DNA of 64,000 bases from Candidatus Cloacimonadota bacterium. GTDB taxonomy: Bacteria; Cloacimonadota; Cloacimonadia; JGIOTU-2. The stretch lies in assembly GCA_049903315.1 (NCBI GenBank), contig JBNGBT010000001.1, positions 96,001 through 160,000 on the forward strand, written 5' to 3'. The translations under genes were made by a program, and so were the position numbers. The stretch's first letter is position 1; each line of letters opens with the position of its first letter. This document shows, in pieces, positions 30,397-40,600 of the stretch. The notes beneath the pieces were generated by a model. The model saw only the letters and a program-made list of their open reading frames with translations. It was not told where the DNA came from and ran no database searches.

Positions 30397-31662
30397 TTAT
30401 TGATTATCTTTTTTCTTTAAAATTAACACATCGACATCACCAAAGGTTTCGTAGCTGGAAACGATCACCTGTTCCCCTTCTTCGACACCTTCGATAACTT
30501 CATAATATTTAGGATTATATCTATTTAATCTTATATCTCTTTTATATGCTGTGTTGCCTGATTCATCCACCACAAAGATCCATTGACCGCCGGTGCTTTG
30601 ATAGAATCCACCGCGTGGGATAAGAAGTGATTCTTTTGGAGCCCCAAGCTCAAGCTTGATCCTGAAAGTTTGCCCGATACGCATATTATGAGGAAGTCCA
30701 TCTATGAATTCCATATCGATTGAGAATTGCCCATTACGCACCTCGGGGTAGATTTTGGTTACTTCCAATTTATAGGTGTTGTTAGAATATTCAAATTCAC
30801 CGAGAAGACCTCTCTGAACTCTTGAAATATAGTGTTCATCAATTTGGGCATTAATTTTATATGAATCAAGCACATTTATTTGCCCAAGCCTTTGACCTGC
30901 ACCCTTGGATTCACCGATCTCTGCATTTAAAGAAGCGAGCTGTCCATTTACAGGAGCGCGAACATCAAGACTCTCCAGGTTTTTACGGACAAGATTGAGA
31001 TTATCTTCCATTCTACGAACTGATTCCTCAAGCTGGCCTATCTGTACGTCGCGGAAAAGTGAGTCCTGCTTCTGTGATTCGATGAGAAGGTCTTTTTTTG
31101 TCACAAGATATTCATAATACTCTTTTGCATTCTGAAACTCATCTTTAGATCTGAAATTTTGTTTATAAAGTTCTTGAACCTGCTCGTACTCCCTTTTTGC
31201 CTGTATGATCGCATAGTTGATTTCAATAAGCTGACTCTTGAGATCGAGTTTGTTCTGCTCCATGAGAAGGCGTGTGTTTCGCAGGGTATTGATCTGCTCC
31301 GCCAGGCTTGCTTCTCTATTCATGATGCTGAGATGAAGATTTGTATTGCTAAGACGGAGAATTATATCTCCTTCCTTCACCATTGCGCCTTCTTCGATCA
31401 GGATTTCCTCGACCTGCCCGCCTTCAAGGGCGTCAATATACACAGTACGTATTGGCTCCACCGTGCCGGTGTTTGTAATGTAATCCTGGAAATAACCCAT
31501 CTCAACTGAAGCGATAGTGAGACGCTCTTCCTGTACGCGCAGTTTGGAGCTTTTATCTGCGAGAATTATATAGTATAATATCAGCAGAATAAATACTCCT
31601 CCGGCTGCGACCCAAAGAATTTTTTTCAGTGGCCACTTCTTTTTTTCAATTAATCTATCCAT
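30397..31662 (-). CDS. Efflux periplasmic adaptor subunit (MacA/HlyD family)
   Basis: N-terminal TM anchor, lipoyl-like halves (GGQVEEILIEEGAMVKEGD; VRAPVNG), coiled hairpin. Probable start ATG 31662 with GAGAGG RBS. Confidence 0.92.
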   Translation of the reverse strand: MDRLIEKKKWPLKKILWVAAGGVFILLILYYIILADKSSKLRVQEERLTIASVEMGYFQDYITNTGTVEPIRTVYIDALEGGQVEEILIEEGAMVKEGDIILRLSNTNLHLSIMNREASLAEQINTLRNTRLLMEQNKLDLKSQLIEINYAIIQAKREYEQVQELYKQNFRSKDEFQNAKEYYEYLVTKKDLLIESQKQDSLFRDVQIGQLEESVRRMEDNLNLVRKNLESLDVRAPVNGQLASLNAEIGESKGAGQRLGQINVLDSYKINAQIDEHYISRVQRGLLGEFEYSNNTYKLEVTKIYPEVRNGQFSIDMEFIDGLPHNMRIGQTFRIKLELGAPKESLLIPRGGFYQSTGGQWIFVVDESGNTAYKRDIRLNRYNPKYYEVIEGVEEGEQVIVSSYETFGDVDVLILKKKDNQ

Positions 31663-31689
31663 GTATGCACCTCTCTTGTGTTTTTTCAA

Positions 31690-31705
31690 TGCAGTTTTTG
31701 TGCCA
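31690..31705 (-). promoter_or_regulatory. sigma-54 (-24/-12) promoter
   Basis: Minus strand reads TGGCACAAAAACTGCA (GG-N10-GC), ~28 nt upstream of the adaptor start, adjacent to a sigma-54 activator gene. Confidence 0.85.
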
Positions 31706-31769
31706 AAAATAAAAAATTCGGCAAATCCTTTATTTGAGAGCGGTTATGTTTTTTGTGCGAATTACAAAC

Positions 31770-31807
31770 TGTCCGCTCGCGAAACACGGGTGTACGATAA
31801 CGTACAC
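31770..31807. promoter_or_regulatory. Tandem enhancer-like sites for the NtrC-type activator
   Basis: Perfect palindrome GTGTACG-ATAA-CGTACAC (31790-31807; TGT-N10-ACA) plus a degenerate copy TGTCCG-CTCG-CGAAACA starting 21 bp earlier. Confidence 0.65.
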
Positions 31808-31949
31808 TTTTTCACAAATATATTGACACGAAGAATTTGAAAAATACGAAAGAATCTGAGTATATAAACTCATCTTGATACTTTTGATATGAAACTTTGT
31901 CAGTTCGGTATGTTATTTGCATAAGTAAATAAAAAAGCGGAGTGTGCAT

Positions 31950-33326
31950 ATGAGCCAAAAATTTGGTAAGATACTGGTTGTTGATGATAAAGAAGATATT
32001 TTATTTGCGTTAAAATTGTTGCTGAAGAAGCATGTTGAGAAGATCGATACAGAACAAGATCCGAGCAATATCCCTGAGCTGCTGAAAAACGAATCCTATG
32101 ATCTTGTTCTTCTTGATATGAATTTCACTGCGGATATGAGTGGCGGGCAGGAAGGATATTATTGGATGCAGCGAATAAAAGAGTTAGATCCGAGTATCCT
32201 TGTAATTTTTATTACTGCGTATGGAGATGTGGAAAAAGCAGTGAAGGCGATCAAAGCGGGTGCGACTGATTTTGTACTTAAGCCATGGCAGAACGAAAAA
32301 CTTCTTACTACGATTAATACTGCACTCAAACTCCGTCAATCACAAACAGAAGCAAGTAACCTACGGATTAAACAGAAAGAACTCAGCGCTGCTCTCGACC
32401 AGCCCTTCAGTGATTTCATTGGAGTCTCTCAAGAAATGCAGAAAGTATTTGCAACCATACAAAAAGTTGCTGAAACGGACGCAAGCGTACTTATACTTGG
32501 CGAAAATGGCACTGGCAAGGAGCTTGTAGCTCGTGCGCTTCATAGGAATTCCAAAAGAAAGGATGAGGTGTTTATTAGTGTTGATCTTGGTTCTATAAAT
32601 GAGAATCTCTTTGAGAGTGAGCTTTTCGGACATGTAAAAGGTTCTTTTACTGACGCAAAGAGTGATAGGACTGGACGCTTTGAAGTCGCATCAGGCGGCA
32701 CGCTTTTTCTTGATGAAGTCGGGAATCTTTCTTTGCCGATGCAGGCGAAACTGCTTACAACGCTTGAAAAAAGACAGATAACCCGGGTCGGGGCAAATAA
32801 GATCATTCCGATAGATGTGAGAATGATTTGTGCGACGAACATGCCCATTCATGAAATGACACGAGAAAATACATTTCGGCAGGACCTGCTGTACAGAATG
32901 AATACTGTTGAAATTTTCCTCCCACCTCTTCGAGATCGGATTGAAGATATACCATTACTCGCAGAACATTTTCTGAAAAATTATGCAAAAAAGTACAATA
33001 AAGAGATAAATTCAATCAACGAGAGGGCTATTAAAAAATTGGAGCTCTATCCGTGGCCCGGCAATATCAGAGAATTACAGCACGCATTGGAACGTGCAGT
33101 GATATTGAGCGAATCAAAGATATTATATCCTGAGGATTTTCTGCTTTCTGTAAAGGGTGGTGGAGACGAGCAGGCAAATTTCGAATCATATAATCTTGAA
33201 GATGTCGAAAAATCAGTTATTCAAAGAGTGATACGTAAACATCATGGAAATATAACGATTGCAGCGAAGGAACTCGGACTCACTAGGACCTCGCTCTATA
33301 GAAGAATGGAAAAATATGACCTATAA
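31950..33326 (+). CDS. Sigma-54-dependent response regulator (NtrC family)
   Basis: Receiver (VVDD, LLDMNF, KPW), AAA+ GENGTGKE, ESELFGHVKGSFTDA, LFLDE, WPGNIREL, Fis HTH. Probable start ATG 31950. Confidence 0.95.
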   Translation: MSQKFGKILVVDDKEDILFALKLLLKKHVEKIDTEQDPSNIPELLKNESYDLVLLDMNFTADMSGGQEGYYWMQRIKELDPSILVIFITAYGDVEKAVKAIKAGATDFVLKPWQNEKLLTTINTALKLRQSQTEASNLRIKQKELSAALDQPFSDFIGVSQEMQKVFATIQKVAETDASVLILGENGTGKELVARALHRNSKRKDEVFISVDLGSINENLFESELFGHVKGSFTDAKSDRTGRFEVASGGTLFLDEVGNLSLPMQAKLLTTLEKRQITRVGANKIIPIDVRMICATNMPIHEMTRENTFRQDLLYRMNTVEIFLPPLRDRIEDIPLLAEHFLKNYAKKYNKEINSINERAIKKLELYPWPGNIRELQHALERAVILSESKILYPEDFLLSVKGGGDEQANFESYNLEDVEKSVIQRVIRKHHGNITIAAKELGLTRTSLYRRMEKYDL

Positions 33327-34677
33327 AAATTTTAAGATAAATGTCATCTTGCGCATTATCCTGTTGCTTATAACCCTCTTTCTGCTTGTTTTCGTATACT
33401 TCAAAACAAGTTTTCACATCACACTTATTTTTATTGGAGTACTTGTATTACTGGAAATTTATTCTCTGATCTATTATATAGACAGGACAAACCGTGATTT
33501 GACCAATCTACTCGATTCGATCCAGTATTCGGATTTCAGCCGGACTTTTACTATAGAAAAAGACAGCTCAAGCTACAAGGAATTCAAGAGCGCTTTTAAT
33601 AAGGTCATTGACAAATTCAAAACCGTTCGTGAAGAAAAAGAAGAACAATATCATTATCTGCAGAATGTTCTCCATCATGTAGGAATTGCTCTGATCGCAT
33701 TTCGAAAGAACGGAAAAGTAGAGATGATAAATAATACGGCAAAGAAGCTTTTCGGAATTAACAATCTCAGGAACATCTTGCTGCTCGAGGATTTTAATAA
33801 AGAAATGGTAGAAACCATTCTAAAACTTAAATCCGGGGAACGCTCCCTTGTGAAAGTCTATGATAATGACGAACTTCTCCAACTCGCAATTTTTGCTACA
33901 GAATTTACTCTGAATGAGAGAATCATAAAATTAGTTTCCATTCAGAACATCCAGCATGAGTTGGAAGAGCAGGAAATGGAAGCATGGCAAAAGCTGATCC
34001 GGGTGCTGACCCACGAGATCATGAATTCTATCACGCCAATTGCCTCGATTTCTTCCACTGTTAATTCCATCCTGCAGGAGATCACGGAAGATGCCAAAGA
34101 TAAAGACGGCAAAGATGTCGATCCCGATACTATCAAAGATATACGTGAAGCGCTCACAACCATTCATAAAAGAAGTACCGGGCTTCTCCATTTTGTGGAA
34201 ACCTACCGAAATCTTACCCGGATTCCCAAGCCGAATTTTCAGATATTTCTCATCAAAAATCTGTTCAACCATGTTGGAGTGCTTCTCGAAGAGGAATTTA
34301 AAGAAAAGAATATCTCTTTTGATTACTCAATATATCCTAAAAGCTTAGAGCTTGCTGCTGACGAAGATCTTGTGCAGCAGGTCGTGATAAATCTGCTGAG
34401 AAATGCTGTTCAAGGTGTGGAGTTGCAGGAAAAACCAATAATTGAGTTGAAGGCATTCGTGAATGAACGCGGACGAGTCATCATTCAGGTTGTGGATAAT
34501 GGTTCAGGTATTCCTCAGGATTCGATGGATAAGATTTTTATTCCCTTTTATACAACCAAAAAAGAGGGGTCGGGAATTGGTCTGAGTTTGTCCCGGCAGA
34601 TAATGGGATTGCATGGGGGAACGATCACTGTAAATTCTGAGCCGAATGTGAAAACAGAATTTACTTTGAGGTTTTAA
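33316..34677 (+). CDS. Membrane sensor histidine kinase
   Basis: Two N-terminal TM segments, PAS-like region, H-box LTHEIMNSITPI, N-box NLLRNA, DNGSGI and GSGIGL. Probable start ATG 33316 overlaps the regulator's 3' end. Confidence 0.95.
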   Translation: MTYKNFKINVILRIILLLITLFLLVFVYFKTSFHITLIFIGVLVLLEIYSLIYYIDRTNRDLTNLLDSIQYSDFSRTFTIEKDSSSYKEFKSAFNKVIDKFKTVREEKEEQYHYLQNVLHHVGIALIAFRKNGKVEMINNTAKKLFGINNLRNILLLEDFNKEMVETILKLKSGERSLVKVYDNDELLQLAIFATEFTLNERIIKLVSIQNIQHELEEQEMEAWQKLIRVLTHEIMNSITPIASISSTVNSILQEITEDAKDKDGKDVDPDTIKDIREALTTIHKRSTGLLHFVETYRNLTRIPKPNFQIFLIKNLFNHVGVLLEEEFKEKNISFDYSIYPKSLELAADEDLVQQVVINLLRNAVQGVELQEKPIIELKAFVNERGRVIIQVVDNGSGIPQDSMDKIFIPFYTTKKEGSGIGLSLSRQIMGLHGGTITVNSEPNVKTEFTLRF

Positions 34678-34686
34678 AATTTCCAA

Positions 34687-34737
34687 TATCCAACATGGAA
34701 TATCCAATTACCAAGTAGTGGCTGAACATGTTCAGCC
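34687..34737 (+). repeat. GTAG-type REP-like element fused to heptamer repeats, copy 1 (palindrome GGCTGAACATGTTCAGCC)
   Basis: 37/40 identical to 35040..35079 and 45/51 to the reverse complement of 62690..62740. Confidence 0.85.
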
Positions 34738-35005
34738 CAAATTTGAAATCTCTAATCTAATCGGTATTTGTTACAATCTCATCCCGATTTGTTAAAAGCA
34801 AATCGACCTTCTCCTGCCCAGGAGAAGGAAAATGGAACGATAAATTATGAAGTAAGGGTTCAATGTAACTCAACATTCCGACATGTCTCGGTGTAATGAA
34901 ATGAAACCGGATGTTGAGTACGCAAGATCAGTCTCCTTCCAATGAAACGGAATCTGTCTTGATAAATTAGATTCTTGAGCTACTTTTAGCGTAAATTGAC
35001 TTTTC

Positions 35006-35031
35006 CTCGTTCCTAAGTTGTACTTGGGAAC
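35006..35031 (+). repeat. REP-like hairpin CTCGTTCCTAAG-TTGTA-CTTGGGAAC
   Basis: Related copies at 61106..61132, partial at 61264 and 62422. Confidence 0.65.
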
Positions 35032-35039
35032 ATGGATTC

Positions 35040-35079
35040 GGAATGTCCAATTACCAAGTAGCCGCTGAACATGTTCAGC
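35040..35079 (+). repeat. GTAG-type REP-like element, copy 2
   Basis: Palindrome GCTGAACATGTTCAGC at 35064..35079 preceded by GTAG. Confidence 0.85.
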
Positions 35080-35129
35080 TCGTATCGTCCTAATTAGATA
35101 TGCTGTAATAGTTTAATTATTCTCGTGAG

Positions 35130-35918
35130 TTACAACCTCATCCCCTTTTCGATATTGGATGACAATTGGCTGATGAATCGCGCCATGTTTGCCCCGTCCA
35201 TGACGTCATGATCGAGAAGGATGGTCATGTTGAGTATCTCACGAATCTCAATTTGGTTTTTTATTACAACAGGTTTTTTTACTATAGAACTTATGCCAAA
35301 GCAAATCGGGTGAACCGATATTGGAATAAACCAGCCGTTTACTTTTCCTATCATTCCTAAAGAAGTAAAGGCAACATTTCCCATTTTCTCAAACGCAAGT
35401 TTTGGGTGATTTAGTATATATTTCCATACATATCTCCTCATGAAACCGGGCAGCGAGTAGTAGTGTCTTTCCAGTTTTTGAGCTTTTTTCTGAAGGACGA
35501 TGTCTTTATTAGTAAGTTCCTTATTAATCGCGTCGGTGATTTGGCTTGTAATGGACTCGATGCTTATCTCATGCGATTTCTCGATAACGAGTGGAATGGG
35601 TACTCTTTGTCCATCCAGCTCTTTTTCAACCACGATTGAGACATTGATATCGTCGAAGATCATCAGTTTCCGTTTTCCTTTTAGGAATGAAGCTGACGTT
35701 TCGTACTTTTTGATAGTGGTACTGATCACTCCTATCAACCACGCAGTGAATGAGATGTTATTGCCGGTACTTTTATTGTATCCCCTGATCTTCCTGCGAC
35801 TTTCCGTTACATCGAGTTCAATCATTCCAGTTACATGGTGCTTCCTTTTTCCCATTTCGCACACATCGAATGTTGCGATTCGTGAAGCCGGGAATGTTTG
35901 GATTTTGTAATTTTTCAT
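35130..35918 (-). CDS. Stand-alone 2-oxoacid dehydrogenase acyltransferase catalytic-domain protein
   Basis: C-terminal DHDVMDGA motif (canonical DHRxxDG), GNVAFTSLG, CAT-like fold pattern; no lipoyl domain. Confidence 0.8.
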   Translation of the reverse strand: MKNYKIQTFPASRIATFDVCEMGKRKHHVTGMIELDVTESRRKIRGYNKSTGNNISFTAWLIGVISTTIKKYETSASFLKGKRKLMIFDDINVSIVVEKELDGQRVPIPLVIEKSHEISIESITSQITDAINKELTNKDIVLQKKAQKLERHYYSLPGFMRRYVWKYILNHPKLAFEKMGNVAFTSLGMIGKVNGWFIPISVHPICFGISSIVKKPVVIKNQIEIREILNMTILLDHDVMDGANMARFISQLSSNIEKGMRL

Positions 35919-36014
35919 ATTATTAAAATTGTGTATCTGTTTTTTTTCTTTTTTGTTACTTCTTGAATAAATATTTTCATTGTAGTTTTCTCATTTCTAT
36001 TTTACAATAGATAA

Positions 36015-36044
36015 CTTATAATGCTATTATGGTTTCACTGTCAA
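36015..36044 (-). promoter_or_regulatory. Putative sigma-70 promoter for the acyltransferase gene
   Basis: Minus strand TTGACA-N18-TATAAG. Confidence 0.5.
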
Positions 36045-36207
36045 TGAAAAACGAGAACAGTCTTCATCATTCATTATTGGATATTGGTTATTGGTTATTG
36101 ATTATTCTTCCGATCTCATCCCGATCTGCGCTATGCTTGTCCGCCCACTGGCGGATCTGTGCGTATCAGTGTTCTATTTAAAACCTTAACCGGTTTGAAC
36201 TCCGCTA

Positions 36208-36669
36208 TTAATTGTTTTTTGTCGTGAGAACATGAACAAATTCCTGCGTTGTTCTGACAACCCTTTTTGCAAGAGAATCATTCAATGATGCACAGACCTT
36301 CGCACAGATCGATACATCATCCTTTAAAAACTGAAGAAGTTCATAATAGGGAAAACGAGTGATCTCGACATCTTCAAGAGCTTTCACATATGCGGTTCTC
36401 TGAACAGGAATAATGAAGTTTATCTCCCCAAAGGTTTCGCCTGTGAAGAGAGAGGTTACTCTTTTCTCATTTTTTTCTTCATCAATAAAGCAAATGGAGA
36501 CGGAACCTTTTTTTATCACAAAAATATCGCGATTTTTATCCCCTTCTTCAAGAATAAAAGATCCGGATTTATACAATTCTGTTTTTGCGATCTTTTCGAC
36601 CTGCTTCACTTCCTTAGTATTGAGATACTTTAGGAGCTCATTGTCGTTTTCTCGCAGGAATATATTCAT
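36208..36669 (-). CDS. Cyclic-nucleotide-binding domain protein
   Basis: ILEEGD, FVIKKGSV, GETFGEI...RTAYVKAL phosphate-binding cassette; no HTH. Confidence 0.9.
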   Translation of the reverse strand: MNIFLRENDNELLKYLNTKEVKQVEKIAKTELYKSGSFILEEGDKNRDIFVIKKGSVSICFIDEEKNEKRVTSLFTGETFGEINFIIPVQRTAYVKALEDVEITRFPYYELLQFLKDDVSICAKVCASLNDSLAKRVVRTTQEFVHVLTTKNN

Positions 36670-36682
36670 TTAGGATATAGTT

Positions 36683-36716
36683 AAAGAAAAGGGGATTGAG
36701 GTTGATCGCAATCCCC
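36683..36716 (-). terminator. Probable intrinsic terminator after the lipoprotein gene
   Basis: Minus strand GGGGATTG-loop-CAATCCCC followed by TTTTCTTT. Confidence 0.65.
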
Positions 36717-36725
36717 ATAGAAGAT

Positions 36726-37526
36726 TTATTTAAAACTATTTACTATCTGTGCAGAAAGTTTATTTAATTCCTGAACTTGAAACTTTGAATAGGTTTGATC
36801 TTCGGAGGAATAGATAATATCTTTTATTTGACTCACGTCCATAATCGAATTTTGATAATATTGCTCGGATAGTAATTCCTGGTCAGAGATATTCGGAAGG
36901 TCGTGAAGAAGGGCATTCACCACAGATTTATTTGCGAGTATTGATGTGATCTGGGAATTGGTATAATTATTCATAATAAGATACGAAGCATTTTCGAGTC
37001 CTCTAGTCCATCCGCCAAATTGAATCAGAATGACCGAATCGAAATTCTCGAGATTATAAAGCTCATCTGTCACATCACTTTCATATTCTTCGATCTTTGT
37101 CTCTACTTTATTCCAGTCATTATCATCAAGAAGAATTTTAAGCGAGTCAGACAGCTTGAGAAATTCATCACTGACATTTAATATTTCAGCATAATTCACA
37201 AGCTCTTTGGTGATATCAAGCAAGGTATCTTTATTCTTAGCTTTTACTGCAATGAGCGCATCTGCGACATCTGCACCAAGATCAAAGGCAACTTGTGGGA
37301 GTGTTTTGGGGTCAGGTTTTACTCTGTTCTTCAAAACACTATTAAAGTTTATGCCTTCGAGTGTCGTCAGATCATCAAGGATCATGGAGAAGGGAACATG
37401 CTGGGTGTGGTAGATCTTCACGATCACTTCACCTTCAGACAGTTCCTGCTTCGGTGCCTTCTCTTTTTTTGTACAGCCGACTATTGCAATTAGTACAATA
37501 AGTACTAAACAAATTACTTTTTTCAT
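36726..37526 (-). CDS. Hypothetical helical lipoprotein (266 aa)
   Basis: MKK-hydrophobic-IVG-C lipobox; GGAGG RBS. Confidence 0.85.
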   Translation of the reverse strand: MKKVICLVLIVLIAIVGCTKKEKAPKQELSEGEVIVKIYHTQHVPFSMILDDLTTLEGINFNSVLKNRVKPDPKTLPQVAFDLGADVADALIAVKAKNKDTLLDITKELVNYAEILNVSDEFLKLSDSLKILLDDNDWNKVETKIEEYESDVTDELYNLENFDSVILIQFGGWTRGLENASYLIMNNYTNSQITSILANKSVVNALLHDLPNISDQELLSEQYYQNSIMDVSQIKDIIYSSEDQTYSKFQVQELNKLSAQIVNSFK

Positions 37527-37624
37527 TCGTCCTCCGCATTCGTACGATAAAAAATTTTAGCTTCTGTTTTATAAATTGGAAAAATTATAAAATTGCTGTC
37601 AACAATTCTATAGAAATGTAGTAA

Positions 37625-40600
37625 TTATTTAAATTTGAACCTGATGATAATGTAGGTGAGAATATTTATCAAGAATCCATAAAGAAATGCTATTACTACA
37701 TTTACATTATACGTATTATAATTTTTTCCAAAGATTATTTTTTTACTACTCAGGAAATGATTTTTGGGATTATTAAGGAATCTGCCGTCGATCCTGGAAA
37801 CTGCAATATTGATATCTTCGTTAATATATCGGTCAGGATCGTTGTTGATGAGGAGTTTCGCTTTTTTGTTGCGTACTTCTTTTATTTCTATATTGAATTC
37901 AGAAATGGAAATTTCCTTTTTTGATTTTTGCTGAAAGAGCAAATCCTCACGGCTGTTGAGATTGGAGAGTTTTCTTTTGTAGAAATTCAATTTTGCCTGT
38001 GCAGTAAACAGCCCTTCGAATAACCATCTTGACGGCATGACATGACAGAATTCCGGTATGACTGATTCGGGATTCACTTTGACGACGCGGTTCATCTTTT
38101 CGAATTCTATCACTGCGCCTGCAAATATCATTTGAGGAATAAGCACAATTGGAAGGATATTGATCATTGCTTTTTTATCCTTGAGTACCGCAGATGCGAG
38201 AAGCCCAAGTGAAAAACCAATAAAAGCAGAGAGGACAAGGTAGCCAACATATACGAAAAACACTCCGCGGATTTCAAGTATAACACTGGAAACTGCAAAA
38301 TAGATTACTGCCTGGAAAAAGGCAAAGATTGCAAGCGAGAGGTTTTTTACCAGAAGGACAAGTCCGCATTTGATGCGTAACTTTTTCTCTCGTATCATAA
38401 TGCGTTTTTCAGAAAAGATATCATCAAGACTATTTGAAAGACCCAGAAAAATAAAGACGATGATCGAGATGAAAATGAAGATCTTCATATTGAGGTTGAA
38501 TGCAAAAGAGTAACTCTGTTCCGGGGGTGAGTAGCGTAAAATAATTGAAATGAGGATCGCAAGCACTGGCGCTGCAAGAAATGTCACAATAAGATTCGAT
38601 TTATTCTTTAACTTATTCAGTATATTTCGTGCAAAAAGATAATAAAATTGTGAGAAGTATTCCCTGAGAGAGGTTCTTTTATTTCTAATCGTCTTTTTAC
38701 TGACTGCTTCAGCCGCTTCATCAGAATCACTTTGTTTTTTTCTTTTCATCAGTTCAAACAGCTGGTATTTCTCAAATTTAGCTTTCCAATGACTTGGAGG
38801 GAATTTTCTGAGTTCCTGCTTTGCTCCCCCAATTGAGGTTGAACGCTTATAAACAAAATTTCCTTCTGAATCGAGAAGAGGACACTGCAAAATATCAAAA
38901 AGATACTCAGCCATTTTGAGCTCTTTTTTTCTTAAAAGATTTCCCAAACCATAGCTGATCTTTTCGAGCTCATCATTAAAATAGTTGAAAACCTCCTCGG
39001 TGTTTCCGAAGAATACTTCAGTGCCCTGTTGGTCGATAAGGAGCACTTTGTCGAATTTCTGGAAAATATCGGGGTTGGGTTGATGGATAGTGGCAATGAT
39101 TATCTTACCCTGCTCCTTGAGCTCGTTGAGGATGTCAGTAATTTTTTCGGAATCCTTTGATGAGAGTCCCGAAGTGGGCTCATCCAAAATAATAATAAGC
39201 GGTTCTGCAAGAAGTTCAAGAGCTATATTGAGTCGTTTGCGTTCACCACCGCTGAGCTTCTTGTCCATAATAGAACCGACAACAAGGTCTCTTTTTTCAG
39301 ATAATCCAATCTGTACGAGAATGTTATCAATCTTCTTGTTGAGTTCTCTTGAATCCCTGATATGCGGAAGACGCAGCTTGCCGCAGTAAAAGAGATTTTC
39401 ATAAACCGTCAGATTATTGAAAAGTAGGTCGTCCTGAGGTACATATCCGATAAATTTCTGGAAATAAGAATAATTCTTATAAAAATCAAAATCATTTATG
39501 AAGATGGAAGCAGTATCGGGAATTATTTCTCCGATCAGGCATTTCAGAAGTGTTGTTTTTCCACTTCCGCTTGCACCGAGAATTGCTATGAATTCCCCGC
39601 GCTTTGCATAAAAATTAATGTCATCCAATGCTACTTTATTGTCATCTTTGAAGGTGTAGTGAAGGCTGTTAACCTCCATTTTGACAACCTCCAACTCGAC
39701 CTTGTGAATATCAAAAAATTTATTAAAACGGATCGTGATTTTGCCAATAGTGACAACATCCTTTGCAAGCTCAAATTCCTTTTCTTTATCAAGCGGTTGA
39801 TGATTCAGATATATCTGGGGAGTTTTAGTGAGAGGTGAAATAAAATAGTCATTATCCTTCTGTGAAATTTTAATGATCGCATTAGTCGATTTATGCTCAT
39901 TCATTCGGAAAAAATCTTCATAATTTTCAAGGAAAAGCGTGTCAAACCTTCTCTCATCCCTTGTAAAAGTAAGTTTTTCGGTGAGGATATCAAGTGGCGA
40001 GAGTTCGATCACATCATTGATAATAAAGCGGTCTGTAATGATGACTTCGTAGATAGAACCTTTGGTGAGGAGAGTTTTATTCTGCACGATCTTTCCGTCA
40101 AAGACCTCGATCTTAAGCTTGTTTTTTTCCTGTGTGAAGTCGACATCAAAACTTTCTTTTGTATATTTGATGACCTTTGCTATTTCTTCCACTTTATTAT
40201 GATAGAGCATTAAAATATCGTTATAGGATACCTCAACAGCGTTTTCATCAGTGTGATTTTTCAGTATGATTGTTTCATCTTTTTGCAGCTTCATGAGTAC
40301 GTTTTTATTCAGTGCCTGCGAGCCGATCCTGTATAAGCCATCTACATAACTTCCTACAAGTACAAGATTTTCGATTATTAAAACGATGATCTTGTACGGA
40401 GTGTGATTATCATCTTTGAGAAGAATATCGCAATGGGGACTTTCTCCGAGCAGAAGAAAATTCATAAAAAGATTTTTGTCGATATTGAGCAAGAATTCCT
40501 GCAAGCTGATCTCGATCGAGTCATTTTCTTCTTCAATGAGGTCTATGATCTGGGAGTATGTCCGGATATCTATTTCCAGCAATTCCACGACTTCAAGAAT

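Noticed and set aside
401..31509. Many short plus-strand ORFs resembling each other (e.g. ...PTTFLIPTSRAR...)
   Set aside because: Antisense shadows of conserved permease, ATPase and adaptor codons; no independent coding evidence.
33259..33315. Upstream TTG start for the histidine kinase (likewise 31689 for the adaptor and 15415 for the lipase)
   Set aside because: Downstream ATGs have better RBS or coupling context and give normal N-termini.
34687..35079. CRISPR array
   Set aside because: Only two local copies 343 bp apart, no regular spacers, no cas genes.
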